From an uncultured delta proteobacterium (GTDB taxonomy: Bacteria; Myxococcota; Myxococcia; Myxococcales; Myxococcaceae), in contig CAVZMH010000015.1 of NCBI GenBank assembly GCA_963776345.1, positions 352,001 through 416,000 on the forward strand: DNA of 64,000 nt, given 5' to 3'. Shown here one piece after another: positions 37,585-47,832 of the stretch (its first letter is position 1; each line of letters begins with the position of its first letter). Made by a program: the position numbers and the translations under genes. A model generated the notes under the pieces. It was not told the DNA's origin, did not search any database, and saw only the letters and a program-made list of their open reading frames with translations.

Positions 37585-38607
37585 TCAGGCCAGCGAGTCC
37601 ATCACCTCGTCCAGCACCTTCTTCGGCGGGCGGGTGACCTCCTGGGGCAAGGTGGCCAGCGGCGCGTCCGTCACGTGGAGCAGGTCGTAGAAGCTCGGAA
37701 GCTCGGTGTTCACGTACAGCACGCCGGTCAGCACCTCCTGCTGCGCATGCGAGGTCATGATCCGGGTCACCACCGCCAGCTTGTCCCGCGGGTCGTACCC
37801 TTCCTCCACCTTCCGGAGCTGCAGGTGCGAGCCGTCGTGCATCTTCACCGACACGGTGGAGCCGGGGTCGTAGTCCACCGAGATGTCCTCGTACGAGGGG
37901 ATGAACGACAGCTCGTGCACCGGCTCGTCGTGGTCCTTCATGTACGAGTACGACTTGGTGGATCCCTCGTGGTCGTTGAAGGTCACGCAGGGCGAGATGA
38001 CGTCCAGCACCGCCGTGCCCCGGTGCACGGTCGCCGCCTTGAGCATCGCCGAGAGCTGCTTCTTGTCCCCGGAGAAGCTCCGGCCGACGAAGGTGGCTCC
38101 GAGCTGGATGGCGAGGAGGCAGGTGTCGATCGCCGGGAGCTGGTTCACCACTCCCGACTTCGAGGTCGAGCCCGCGTCGGCGGTGGCGCTGAACTGGCCC
38201 TTGGTCAGGCCGTACACCCCGTTGTCCTCGATGATGTAGACCAGCGGCAGGTTGCGGCGGACCAGGTGCACGAACTGGCCCACGCCGATCGACGCGGTGT
38301 CCCCGTCGCCCGAGACCCCGAGGCCGATCAGCGTCCGGTTGGCGAGCAGCGCGCCCGTGGCCACCGACGGCATGCGCCCGTGCACCGCGTTGAAGGCGTG
38401 CGCCCGGCTCATGAAGTAGGCCGGCGTCTTCGACGAGCAGCCGATGCCGGAGAGCTTCGCCACCCGCTCCGGCTGGATGCCCAGCTCGAACATCGACTCG
38501 AGGATGCGCTCGCTGATGGCGTTGTGCCCGCAGCCCGCGCAGAGGGTGGTCTTGCTGCCCTTGTAGTCGGCCTGGGTCAGTCCCAGCCGGTTGGTCTTCT
38601 CCGCCAT
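37585..38607 (-). CDS. korB: 2-oxoacid:ferredoxin oxidoreductase beta subunit
   Basis: LCAGCGH, SGIGCSSK, HGRMPS, SGDGD, NGVYGLTKGQFS, SPCVTFN. Confidence 0.93.
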   Translation of the reverse strand: MAEKTNRLGLTQADYKGSKTTLCAGCGHNAISERILESMFELGIQPERVAKLSGIGCSSKTPAYFMSRAHAFNAVHGRMPSVATGALLANRTLIGLGVSGDGDTASIGVGQFVHLVRRNLPLVYIIEDNGVYGLTKGQFSATADAGSTSKSGVVNQLPAIDTCLLAIQLGATFVGRSFSGDKKQLSAMLKAATVHRGTAVLDVISPCVTFNDHEGSTKSYSYMKDHDEPVHELSFIPSYEDISVDYDPGSTVSVKMHDGSHLQLRKVEEGYDPRDKLAVVTRIMTSHAQQEVLTGVLYVNTELPSFYDLLHVTDAPLATLPQEVTRPPKKVLDEVMDSLA

Positions 38608-38610
38608 GGC

Positions 38611-40410
38611 TTACCGGCCCTCCCGGGCCACGATCTCGTCGGTCACGCTGCGGGCATCGAGCGGCAGCCCGGGAATGTGGGCCACCGACCGGAGCCGGGT
38701 CAGCAGCTCCGCCGGCAGGTCGATCTTCAGCAAGGACGCGAGCTGCCCGTCCCGGTTCTGCTCCACCACGTACACCCGGGGGTGCCGCTCGATGAACGCC
38801 TGGACCTCCGGCGAGAACGGGTAGGCGAGCACGCGCAGGTAATCGGTCTTCAGGCCCTTCTCCTTGACCAGCTGGTCCCGCGATTCGACCAGCGCGTGGT
38901 GGCTCGAGCCGTAGCCGATGATGCCCACCTCGGCCCCGCCCTCGTCGACGATCGGCGCGGGGAGCTCGCGGCGGGCGGTGTCCATCTTCCGCTCCAGACG
39001 GGCGAGGTTGTTCACCCAGTCCTCCGGCCGCTCGGAATACTGCGCCTTCTCGTTGTGGCCGGTCCCTCGGGTGAAGTACGAGGCCAGAGGGTGGTCGGTG
39101 CCCGGCAGCGTGCGGTAGGCGATGCCGTCACCGTCAACGTCCCGGTAGCGCTCGAATCCGCCCAGCCGCTGGAGGTCCTCCCTGGAGAGCACCTTCCCGC
39201 GGGCAATCGGCTTCTCCGGGTACGGAAACGGCTCCGACATCCAGTAGTTCATCCCCAGGTCGAGGTCGGAGAGAACGAAGACCGGCGTCTGGAACCGCTC
39301 GGCGATGTCGAAGGCCTCCGTCCCGAAGCGGAAGCACTCCTCCACCGAGCCCGGGAACAAGAGGATGTGCCGCGTGTCCCCGTGCGAGAGGAGGGCGGTG
39401 GAGAGCACGTCCCCCTGCGAGGTCCGGGTGGGGAGCCCGGTCGACGGGCCCACCCGCTGGACGTCCCAGATGACCGCCGGGATCTCCGCGAAGTAAGCCA
39501 GGCCCGCGAACTCGGCCATCAGCGAGATGCCCGGGCCGGCGGTGGCGGTCATCGCCCGCGCGCCCGCCCAGCCGGCGCCCACCACCATGCCCACCGCCGC
39601 CAGCTCGTCCTCCGCCTGCACGATGGCGTAGGTGCTCTTGCCGTCCGGCCCCATCCGGTAGCGCCGCATGTAGCCGATCAGCGTCTCCACCAGCGACGAC
39701 GAGGGGGTGATGGGGTACCAGGTCACCACCGTCACCCCGCCGAACATCGCGCCCAGCGCCGCAGCCGAGTTCCCGTCGATGATGATCTTCCCCCGGTTGG
39801 CGTCCATCCGGTGGATCTGGAATCGGTCGCGCTTCTGCAGCGACTCCCGGGCGAACTCGAACCCGGCCCGGGCCGCGCGCACGTTCAGCTCGGCCGCCTT
39901 GGCCTTCTTCCGGAACTGCTTGGTGATCGCCGCCTCCACCTCGCCCATCTCCAGGCCGAGGATGTGGGCCACCACCCCCACGTAGGACATGTTCCGGAGA
40001 AGCTTCTTGAGCTTCGCGTCCCCGCTGACCGGCTGGACCACCTTGTCGAAGGGCACCGGGTAGAAGGTGAGGTCGGAACGGAGCCCGGCAAGCTGCAGCG
40101 GCTCGTCGAACACCACCGCCGAGCCCGGCCGGAGCGAGAGCACGTCCTCGCGCGCGGACTCGGGGTTCATGGCGACGAGGAGATCGATCTCGTTCTTCCG
40201 GCCGATCCACCCGTCCTTGCTCGCGCGGATGGTGTACCAGGTAGGGAGCCCGGCGATGTTCGAGGGGAAGAGGTTCTTCGCCGAGACCGGGACACCCATC
40301 TGGAACAGGGTCCGGAGCAGCACCATGTTCGCGCTCTGCGAGCCGGACCCGTTCACGGTCGCGACCTGCAGGCTCATGTCGTTGATCACCGGTGATGCGG
40401 GCTGGCTCAT
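38611..40410 (-). CDS. korA: 2-oxoacid:acceptor oxidoreductase alpha subunit
   Basis: NGSGSQSAN, FPSNIAGLPTW, WYPITPSS, QAEDELAA, QRVGPSTGLPTRT, VVEQN. Confidence 0.93.
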   Translation of the reverse strand: MSQPASPVINDMSLQVATVNGSGSQSANMVLLRTLFQMGVPVSAKNLFPSNIAGLPTWYTIRASKDGWIGRKNEIDLLVAMNPESAREDVLSLRPGSAVVFDEPLQLAGLRSDLTFYPVPFDKVVQPVSGDAKLKKLLRNMSYVGVVAHILGLEMGEVEAAITKQFRKKAKAAELNVRAARAGFEFARESLQKRDRFQIHRMDANRGKIIIDGNSAAALGAMFGGVTVVTWYPITPSSSLVETLIGYMRRYRMGPDGKSTYAIVQAEDELAAVGMVVGAGWAGARAMTATAGPGISLMAEFAGLAYFAEIPAVIWDVQRVGPSTGLPTRTSQGDVLSTALLSHGDTRHILLFPGSVEECFRFGTEAFDIAERFQTPVFVLSDLDLGMNYWMSEPFPYPEKPIARGKVLSREDLQRLGGFERYRDVDGDGIAYRTLPGTDHPLASYFTRGTGHNEKAQYSERPEDWVNNLARLERKMDTARRELPAPIVDEGGAEVGIIGYGSSHHALVESRDQLVKEKGLKTDYLRVLAYPFSPEVQAFIERHPRVYVVEQNRDGQLASLLKIDLPAELLTRLRSVAHIPGLPLDARSVTDEIVAREGR

Positions 40411-40460
40411 GGACCTCCTCGACGGCGGCACAACTACAGTCGCACCGCGGAGGGCAGCCG

Positions 40461-40476
40461 GGCAACTTTCGCGCCA
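40461..40476 (-). promoter_or_regulatory. sigma54-type promoter of korAB
   Basis: TGGCGCGAAAGTTGCC on minus strand, about 50 bp upstream of the korA ATG. Confidence 0.65.
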
Positions 40477-40488
40477 GGTTCCGCCGGG

Positions 40489-40758
40489 CTACGGCGGCCT
40501 GGACCCGGAGTGTGCCCCGTTCGAACGCACGGCCCGGGCCGGCGATTCCGGCCGGAGCCCGAACCTGCGCTCGGCCCACCGCGTCGCGCCGAAGACGGCC
40601 ACCCAGAGCATGAGCCCGGCGGCCGCCCGGAGCCCCGCCCACCGGAGCAGCGGGCTGGCGCCCCGACGTTCGCGGCTCGCCACCCAGAGGAGCACCGCCA
40701 GCACGGCGATCCAGACAGCGCTGGCCAGGGCCCAGGCGATCGCGTCGTTGCGTTCCAC
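40489..40758 (-). CDS. small 2-TM hypothetical protein
   Basis: GTG start after GAGGGAG; two hydrophobic helices (3' end of ORF 40489-41538). Confidence 0.45.
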   Translation of the reverse strand: MERNDAIAWALASAVWIAVLAVLLWVASRERRGASPLLRWAGLRAAAGLMLWVAVFGATRWAERRFGLRPESPARAVRSNGAHSGSRPP

Positions 40759-40943
40759 GCTCCCTCTCGGGGACGCACCGTGCCACAGCTCCCGCCCACA
40801 TGGCGGCCTGTTCGTCGGGACAGGCGCACGGCCGTCCACGACCGGACCGGGGGGTCGCGGCCCAGCGGCCAGAGCGACCGGACGGGGACCACCGTTGCCT
40901 GCACGGCCGTTGACGCGCCCGCTCACCTGATTGAAGGGGACGC

Positions 40944-43090
40944 ATGCCCATCCGCCACCTTCCCCCGCTCCTGCTCGCGCTCGGCGTCGCCTGCGCCTCG
41001 ACGGAGCCGCGTCCGACGCCGCCAGCCCCGGCGCCCGATGCGGGAGCCACGCCCGCCCGGGCCGCCGCGGCTCCGACGCCAGGGTGCACGGCATCGACGT
41101 CGCGGGCATGGATCCGCTCGGTCGCCCCCGGCGACGACTTCTTCCTCTATGCCAACGGGACCTGGGTGAAGGACACCGAGATCCCCGCCGACCGGCCGCT
41201 GGGGAACGTTCAACATCCTCGCCGAGCAGTCGCGCCAGCGGACCCGCGAGCTGCTGGAGGCGGCCGCCAGCGGGAGCGCGCCCGCCGGCTCCGAGGAGCG
41301 CAAGGTCGGCGACTTCTACGCGAGCGTACCTGGACGAGGCCAGCGTCGAGGCCGGGGCATGGAGCCGCTCCGTCCGCAGCTCGCCGCCATCGCCGCGCTC
41401 CGGGACAAGACCGCGCTCGCCCGCGCGCTGGGGCAGGACCTGCGGACCGACGTGGACGCGCTGAACAACGCGGTACTTCCACACCGAGCCGGCTGTTCGG
41501 CTTCTGGGTCGCTCCCGACATGAACCCCCCACGGTCAACGGGGGCTACCTGTTCCAGGGCGGCCTGGGGATGCCCGACCGCGAGTACTACCTCTCCACCA
41601 ACCCCAAGATGGCCGCCATCCGCGACCGCTACCGGGCGCACATCGCGAAGGTCTTCGCCTGGCCGGCATCCCCGGCGGCGAGGAGCAGGCCCGGCGGATC
41701 TTCGATCTCGAGACGCGGATGGCGCGCGTGCACGGCACCCGCGCCGAGGCGCTCGAGGTTCGCCAGGCTTACAACCCGTGGAAGCGGACGAGTTCGGCAA
41801 GCGCGCGCCCGGGCCTCGACTGGGCGGCGTTCTTCCAGGGCGCCACCCTGCAGCAGCAGCCGATCATCGTCGTCTGGCAACCGACGGCCATCACCGGGCT
41901 GGCCGCCCTGGTGAAGCGGTGCCGCTCGCCACCTGGAAGGAGTGGCTGACCTTCCAACCGGTGGAGCGCTCAGGCTCGCCGCTCCTCTCGCGGGCCTTCG
42001 TGGACGAGAGCTTCGATTTCTACGGCAAGACCCTCAGCGGGACGCCCCAGCTGAGCGCGCGCTGGAAGCGCGCGTCGAGGCGGCAGCGAGCTCCGCCACC
42101 AGGCGGGCCCGCGAGGCTCGGGCATGGGCGACGCGGTGGGCAAGCTCTACGTCGCGCGCCACTTTCCGCCCTCGGCCAAGGCGAAGATGCAGGAGATGGT
42201 CCGAGCAGCATCATCGCCGCCTTCGACCGCCGAATCGAGGCGCTCGACTGGATGGCGCCGGCGACCAAGGCCCAGGCGCGGGAGAAGGTCCGCACCCTCT
42301 ACGTGGGCGTCGGCTACCCCGAGCGCTGGCAGGACGACTCGGGGCTCGAGGTGATCCCGGGGAGACCTGCTGGGCAACGTGCAGCGCGCCTCGCCTCTTC
42401 GACTACCGCCGCGACCTGGCGAAGCTGGGCAAGCCGGTCGACACGAGGGACTGGTGCATGAGCCCTCAGACGGTCAACGCGGTGAACCTGCCGCTGCAGA
42501 ACGCGCTCAACTTCCCCGCCGCCATCCTCGAGCCGCCATTCTTCGACCCGGCGGCGCCCGCCGCGTCCAACTACGGCGCGATCGGCACCGTCATCGGACA
42601 CGAGATCAGCCACAGCTTCGACGATCAGGGGGCGATGTTCGACGCGCAGGGGCGACTGCGGAACTGGTGGACCCCAGCCGACTTCGCGCAGTTCGAGGAG
42701 TCCGGCGGACGGCTGGTCACGCAGTACGACGAGTACCAGCCGTTCCCGGACATGCACGTCAACGGCAAGCAGACGCTGAGCGAGAACATCGCCGACGTCG
42801 CGGGAATCGCCGCCGCGCACGACGGCTGGCGGCGTCGCTCCAGGGGCAAGGAGCCCCCCGCGCTCTCCGGCTTCAGCGGCGAGCAGCAGTTCTTCCTGGC
42901 CTACGCCCAGAACTGGCGGAGCAAGATCCGCGAGCCCATGGCCCGGCAGCGGCTCGTCACCGACGGGCACGCGCCCGATCACTACCGGGCGGCAACGGTG
43001 CGGAACGTCGACGCCTGGTATTCCGCCTTCGCCGTGAAGCCAGGCCAGCAGCTGTACCTGTCGCCCGAGCAGCGGGTGCGCGTCTGGTGA
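40944..43090 (+). CDS. M13 family metalloendopeptidase (neprilysin/PepO-like), multiple frameshifts
   Basis: PGDDFFLYANG.W, GMPDREYY, VGYPE.W, PQTVNA, GHEISHSFDDQG, ENIAD, DGHAP. Confidence 0.88.
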
Positions 43091-43119
43091 CGGCCGGGCC
43101 CGGGGTAGCCTCCCGGGCC

Positions 43120-43998
43120 ATGGCGTACGTCTCCCGGCTCCTCGTCTACCCGGTGAAGGGGTGCCGGGGCGTCCCCGTCGCCTCGGCGGTGCCCGACGAC
43201 CGGGGGCTCGCCGGCGACCGGCGGTGGATGGTGGTGGACGAGGCGGGTCGCTTCCTCTCCCAGCGCACCGAGCCGCGCCTGGCGCTGGTGCGGGCGCGGC
43301 TCGAGACGAGCGGCCTGGTTCTCGAGGCGCCCGGGATGCCCGCGCTCGAGCTGCCCGGCCAGGCGGAGGGACCGCTCGGACCGGTGGTGGTGTGGAACGA
43401 CGCGGGGCAGGCGCGCGACGGCGGGGCTCCGGCGAGCCGCTGGCTCTCCGAGCACCTCGGGCGGGCGGCGCGCCTGGTCCAGCTGGACGAGACCTTCGAG
43501 CGCGTCGCCTCGGCCGAGTTCGCGCCCGGCGCCCGGCTGGCCTTCAGCGACGCCTTCCCGGTGCTGGTCATCGGCGAGGCCTCGCTTGCCGAGCTGAACC
43601 GTCGGCTCGACCGGCCGGTCCCCATGGACCGCTTCCGCCCCAACGTCGTCGTCTCCGGCGGCGAGCCCTTCGCCGAGGACGGCTGGCGACGCGTCCGGGT
43701 GGGGGAGGCGGTGCTCCGGCTGGTGAAGCCCTGCACCCGGTGCGTGGCGACCACCGTGGATCAGGAGACCGCCGAGACGCGACCCGAGCCGCTGCGCACG
43801 CTCGCCACCTTCCGGCGCTGGAACGGCGGCGTCATCTTCGGCCAGAACGCGATGGTCGAGCGGCCCGGCCCGATGCAGGTCGGTGACGCGGTGGAGGTGC
43901 TGGAGGCAGGCGAGCCCGCCGTTCCCCTGGCGCCGCTCAGCCCTTCCGGCCCAGCCGGGCCAGCACCTCCGCCAGACGCTCGCGGGCCGGCGCGCTGA
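43120..43998 (+). CDS. MOSC-domain protein (YcbX-like)
   Basis: VYPVKGCRG, GDRRWMVVD, RFRPNVVV, KPCTRC. Confidence 0.9.
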   Translation: MAYVSRLLVYPVKGCRGVPVASAVPDDRGLAGDRRWMVVDEAGRFLSQRTEPRLALVRARLETSGLVLEAPGMPALELPGQAEGPLGPVVVWNDAGQARDGGAPASRWLSEHLGRAARLVQLDETFERVASAEFAPGARLAFSDAFPVLVIGEASLAELNRRLDRPVPMDRFRPNVVVSGGEPFAEDGWRRVRVGEAVLRLVKPCTRCVATTVDQETAETRPEPLRTLATFRRWNGGVIFGQNAMVERPGPMQVGDAVEVLEAGEPAVPLAPLSPSGPAGPAPPPDARGPAR

Positions 43999-44689
43999 AC
44001 GCCGTCTCCACCCAGCTGCGGGCGTCCTCCCGCTCGGCCCGGCGCACCGCCGCGACCACCGGACCCCGGAGCGCGTCCTTGATCTGCCGGAACGCCGGCC
44101 CGGGAAGGGAGGCCAGCGCCACCGCGCGCGCCCGCGCGGCCTCGAGGAGGCCCTCGGGCGGAACGACCGCCTCCACCAGGCCGAGCGCCCGCGCCTCCTG
44201 CGGGGCGAGGAGCCGCCCCTCCAGCGCCACCGGTCCGAGGGAATGAGGAGGGACCTGGCAGCGCAGCGTCTCCAGGACCACCGCCGGCAGCCCGAGACCG
44301 ATCTGCACCTCGTTGAGCCCGATGCGGAAGTCCCCGGCCGCGGCGAGGCGGACGTCGGCCTGGAGCGCGAGCACGCACCCCCCGGCGATGGCGTGCCCGT
44401 TGATCGCCGCCACCACCGGGAGCGGCAGGGCGAACACCCGCAGCATCACCTCGGAGAAGCGCCGGATGAACCTCTCCATCCCCGCGCGATCGAGCGCGGC
44501 CAGCTCCGGGAGGTCGAGCCCGGCGGAGAACGCCCTCCCCTCGCCGGTCAACACCAGGGCCCTGGCGCCCGAGGTCTCGACGGCGTCGAGCTGGGTGGAG
44601 AGCCGGTCCAGGAACGCCGCTCCGATGGCGTTCGCCTTCCCGGCCCGCATCCGCAGGACGGCCACCTCACCCGAAGTCTCGATCTCCAT
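43937..44689 (-). CDS. enoyl-CoA hydratase/isomerase
   Basis: FSAGLDL, PVVAAINGHAIAGG, IGLNEVQIGL. Confidence 0.9.
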   Translation of the reverse strand: MEIETSGEVAVLRMRAGKANAIGAAFLDRLSTQLDAVETSGARALVLTGEGRAFSAGLDLPELAALDRAGMERFIRRFSEVMLRVFALPLPVVAAINGHAIAGGCVLALQADVRLAAAGDFRIGLNEVQIGLGLPAVVLETLRCQVPPHSLGPVALEGRLLAPQEARALGLVEAVVPPEGLLEAARARAVALASLPGPAFRQIKDALRGPVVAAVRRAEREDARSWVETAFSAPARERLAEVLARLGRKG

Positions 44690-44700
44690 CGTGCCGCCGA

Positions 44701-45468
44701 CTACATCGTGAGGCCGCCGTCCACGTCCACGGTGCGCCCGTTGAAGTAGTCGCACTCGATGCAGAACCGCACCGCCTGCCAGATGTCCTCTGGCTCGCCG
44801 ATCCGCCCCACCGGAATGGCCGAGACCAGGGCCTCGCGGGCCCGGGCGTTCATCCCCCGGGTCATGGGGGTGTCGATCATCCCCGGCGCCACCGCCGTCA
44901 CCCGGATCCCGAACGCCGCGAACTCGCGCGCCCAGGTGACGGTGTTGGCGGCCAGGGCGGCCTTGGCCGCGACGTAGTTCGACTGCCCGCGGTTCCCGTG
45001 GCGGGCGATGCTCGACATGTTGACCACCACGCCGGACCGGGTGCCGGTCTCGACCATCTTCCGGACCGCCTCGCGGACCAGGAGGGTGGCCCCGGTGAGG
45101 TTCACCGCCAGCACCGCGTCCCAGTGCTCGCGCGAGAGCACCGTCACCTCGCCGGTGTGGCGGTCCTTCTTCACCAGGAGGCCGTCGCGCAGGATGCCGG
45201 CGTTGTTCACCACCGCGTTCAGCCCGCCCATCGCTCCGTGGGCCCACTCGACGAACGCGCGCACCTCGGACTCCTGCGACACGTCGAGCGGCCGGGCGTG
45301 GAGCTTGCCGCTGTTCCCGCGGGCGAGCTCCAGCGTGTCGGCGAGCCCCTGGGGGTTCACGTCGCCGATGGCGACCTGGGCGCCGGCCTGGCACAGCCGG
45401 AGCGCGAAGTGGCGCCCCAGACCCTGTGCCGCGCCCGAGATGATGCACTTCACCGATGCGAGGTTCAT
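44701..45468 (-). CDS. short-chain dehydrogenase/reductase (3-oxoacyl-ACP reductase-like)
   Basis: SGAAQGLG, NNAGILRDG, YVAAK. Confidence 0.92.
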   Translation of the reverse strand: MNLASVKCIISGAAQGLGRHFALRLCQAGAQVAIGDVNPQGLADTLELARGNSGKLHARPLDVSQESEVRAFVEWAHGAMGGLNAVVNNAGILRDGLLVKKDRHTGEVTVLSREHWDAVLAVNLTGATLLVREAVRKMVETGTRSGVVVNMSSIARHGNRGQSNYVAAKAALAANTVTWAREFAAFGIRVTAVAPGMIDTPMTRGMNARAREALVSAIPVGRIGEPEDIWQAVRFCIECDYFNGRTVDVDGGLTM

Positions 45469-45670
45469 GACACCCGAACTCCCCTCCTGACCCGGGACCC
45501 GAGACCTCCGGCGGGCGCGGGAAAGAGCACGCGCGGCCCGGGGCTCCGCCGGCGCGGACTGTATGGCCTTGCGCGGGGCGGGGACAGACGATTCGCAGTC
45601 CGCCCCCGGAAACGGTCCCCCCCGACCCACCTCGTCGCGGCGCGACGCAGCTGACCTAGAGTCCCGGGGC

Positions 45671-46290
45671 ATGCGCCGGCTCATGTTCGTGGCCTTCGCG
45701 GTGCTGGCGGCCGGGGGGGCCTGGTGGCTACGGAGACAGGGAACCGCGTCGTCGTTCGGCGCCTACACCGGCGCCCAGCTCGACACCCTCGAGGCCGCGT
45801 ACCGCGCGGCGATGCACGCCCCGCCCGCGCCGCCGACGAGCACCCTCGCCCGCAGCGACGCCGCGATGGATGCCGAGATCTCGCTCGGGTTCCTGGAGGC
45901 GGAGCGACACCGGCGCAAGGCGCTCCTCGGCGCGATCTCCGTCGCGCTCCTGGGCGTGCTCGGCGCCCTCCTCCCCAGGCGCGGCGGCTCGAGCGGCGCG
46001 CGGAGCGAGGACCGGCGGCTGGCGCGGGCCATGGGAGATCCGGCCGCCCTGCTCGAGGGCGAGCGACACAAGGCGGCGAAGCTGCTCGGCGTGACCGTCG
46101 AGGCGCCACCGGCGGTGGTGGACGCCGCGCTGGCCGCGCAGCTCGCGGCCCGGGACCTGGGCCGGCTGGACGGGCTCGCGCCGGACCTCCGGCGCATGGT
46201 GCTCGAGCAGCGCCAGGCGCTCCAGCGGGCGCGCGATCTCCTGGTGAGAGGCGCCGCCCGGGCCACGCCCGGCACCACGCCCGGCAGTGA
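45671..46290 (+). CDS. 2-TM hypothetical protein with J-domain-like C-terminus (3' end uncertain)
   Basis: Two TM segments; AAKLLGV...ALQRARDLL without HPD; frame lacks its own stop, so an indel is probable near 46280. Confidence 0.5.
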
Positions 46291-46318
46291 GCCCGGGAGG
46301 CGGGCTCGCCGCCGCAGG

Positions 46319-47644
46319 CTACGGGGAGACCCCGCCCGGCGCTCCACGGACGAGCGGTCCCGGCGCGCCGTCCAGCACCGGCTCCGACCCCGCGACGCTC
46401 CTCGGCAGCCGGATGGAGACGCGCGTCCCCACCTCCAGCTCGGAGGAGAGCCGCACCGAGCCGCCCATCGCCCGGACGTAGCTGTCGACGATCGCCAGCC
46501 CGAGCCCGTGGCCCGTCCCGTCCGGGGCGGCGCGAAAGAACGGCTCGAGGGCCCGCCGGACGGCGCTCGCCGGCATCCCCGTCCCGTTGTCGGCGACGTC
46601 GATCGTCACCCACGCCGGCTCGACCCGGGTGGAGACCTCCAGCCGGCAGCTGCGCTGCGGGGCCCGGTACTTGAGGGCGTTCCCGATGACGTTGCGCAGG
46701 ATCTGCCCGAGCACCTCGGGGGCACAGGCCACCGCCACCTCTGCGACGTCGAGGTGAAGCTCGGCCCCCTGGCTGGCGGTGGCCAGCTCGTCGAGCGCCT
46801 CGTTCACCGCGCCTCGCACCTCGGTCCGCCCGCGCGGGAGCCGGCCCGACCGGGAGAAGGCGAGCATCGCGTCGATGATCGCCGACATCCGCGAGGCCGC
46901 GCCGACGATGCGGCCCGCGAGCCGGACGTCGGTCTCGTCCCTGGCCGCGCGGACGATCAGACTCGCCAGGCCGTGAATCGGCGCCAGCGGGCTGCGGAGA
47001 TCGTGCGCCGCCCGGGCGGCGAACGCCTCCAGCTCGCGGTTCTTGGACTCGACCACCTCCAGGCTCCGCGCCGCCGCCTCCCGCTCCCGGGCCATCGACC
47101 GGAGCCGGGAGGCCGCCACCTGCACCACGACCAGGAGCACCAGCCCACCGCCGAGCACGTCGACCAGGATCTGCCGGTGCCCGAGGACCAGGAGCCTGGT
47201 CCCGATGGCCTCGGCCTCGGTCCGGTTGAGCGCGATGAGCCGGTTCACCGACTCGACCGCGCTGCTCGCGTCCCGGGCCATCGCGGCGCGGTCGCCCCGT
47301 GCCACGTCCCGGGAGAGCTCGTGGGTGAGACCGGAGAGCGTCAGCCATTCCGGGCGCTCGCCCTCGAACGTCGCCAGCGGCTCGTAGATCCGCACGTCGC
47401 GGACCAGCCATTCCAGCGCCTGATGCCCGGTGGGACCTTCCGGGCTGCCAGACGCCAGCCGGGAGAGCTGCCAGCGCATGTCGTCAGCCACCTCCACCGA
47501 GCGCAGCGCGTTGGTAGACAGCGCCTCGGCGCCGCGGGAGGTGGCCCCGGCCACCCAGGCGTCCACCCCGGCGACGAGGAGGACCGTCCCGGCCACCACC
47601 GCGACGGATACGATGCCTCGCCTCGGCCTCTGGACCTCCGACAT
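46319..47644 (-). CDS. membrane sensor histidine kinase
   Basis: Two TM; H-box AAHDLRSPL; N-box NVIGNALKY; DNGTG, GHGLGL. Confidence 0.9.
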   Translation of the reverse strand: MSEVQRPRRGIVSVAVVAGTVLLVAGVDAWVAGATSRGAEALSTNALRSVEVADDMRWQLSRLASGSPEGPTGHQALEWLVRDVRIYEPLATFEGERPEWLTLSGLTHELSRDVARGDRAAMARDASSAVESVNRLIALNRTEAEAIGTRLLVLGHRQILVDVLGGGLVLLVVVQVAASRLRSMAREREAAARSLEVVESKNRELEAFAARAAHDLRSPLAPIHGLASLIVRAARDETDVRLAGRIVGAASRMSAIIDAMLAFSRSGRLPRGRTEVRGAVNEALDELATASQGAELHLDVAEVAVACAPEVLGQILRNVIGNALKYRAPQRSCRLEVSTRVEPAWVTIDVADNGTGMPASAVRRALEPFFRAAPDGTGHGLGLAIVDSYVRAMGGSVRLSSELEVGTRVSIRLPRSVAGSEPVLDGAPGPLVRGAPGGVSP

Positions 47645-47832
47645 CGCGACGTCTCCGCAAGGCCCCCCGGTCTCGCCGGCGCGGACGGTAGCACCGGGGT
47701 CCAGGGTGTCCGTCGGCCTTCGGAGCACGACCCTCTGCGGTTCGTCGGAAACCCGATGGAGCGCGGGCTCACGCAACCGCATGACGGCTCGGGTCCACCG
47801 CGGATGCCTCGGCGGCTACACTCCCGGGCTCG

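Noticed and set aside
40944..43090. Many frameshifts in the M13 peptidase (also amidohydrolase, sortase, CAP, ASCH, hemN, Ig protein) as pseudogenes or programmed frameshifts
   Set aside because: Catalytic motifs and GC3 bias are intact, the breaks are indels rather than nonsense substitutions, and no slippery sites are evident. Long-read indel errors are the simplest explanation; raw reads would settle it.
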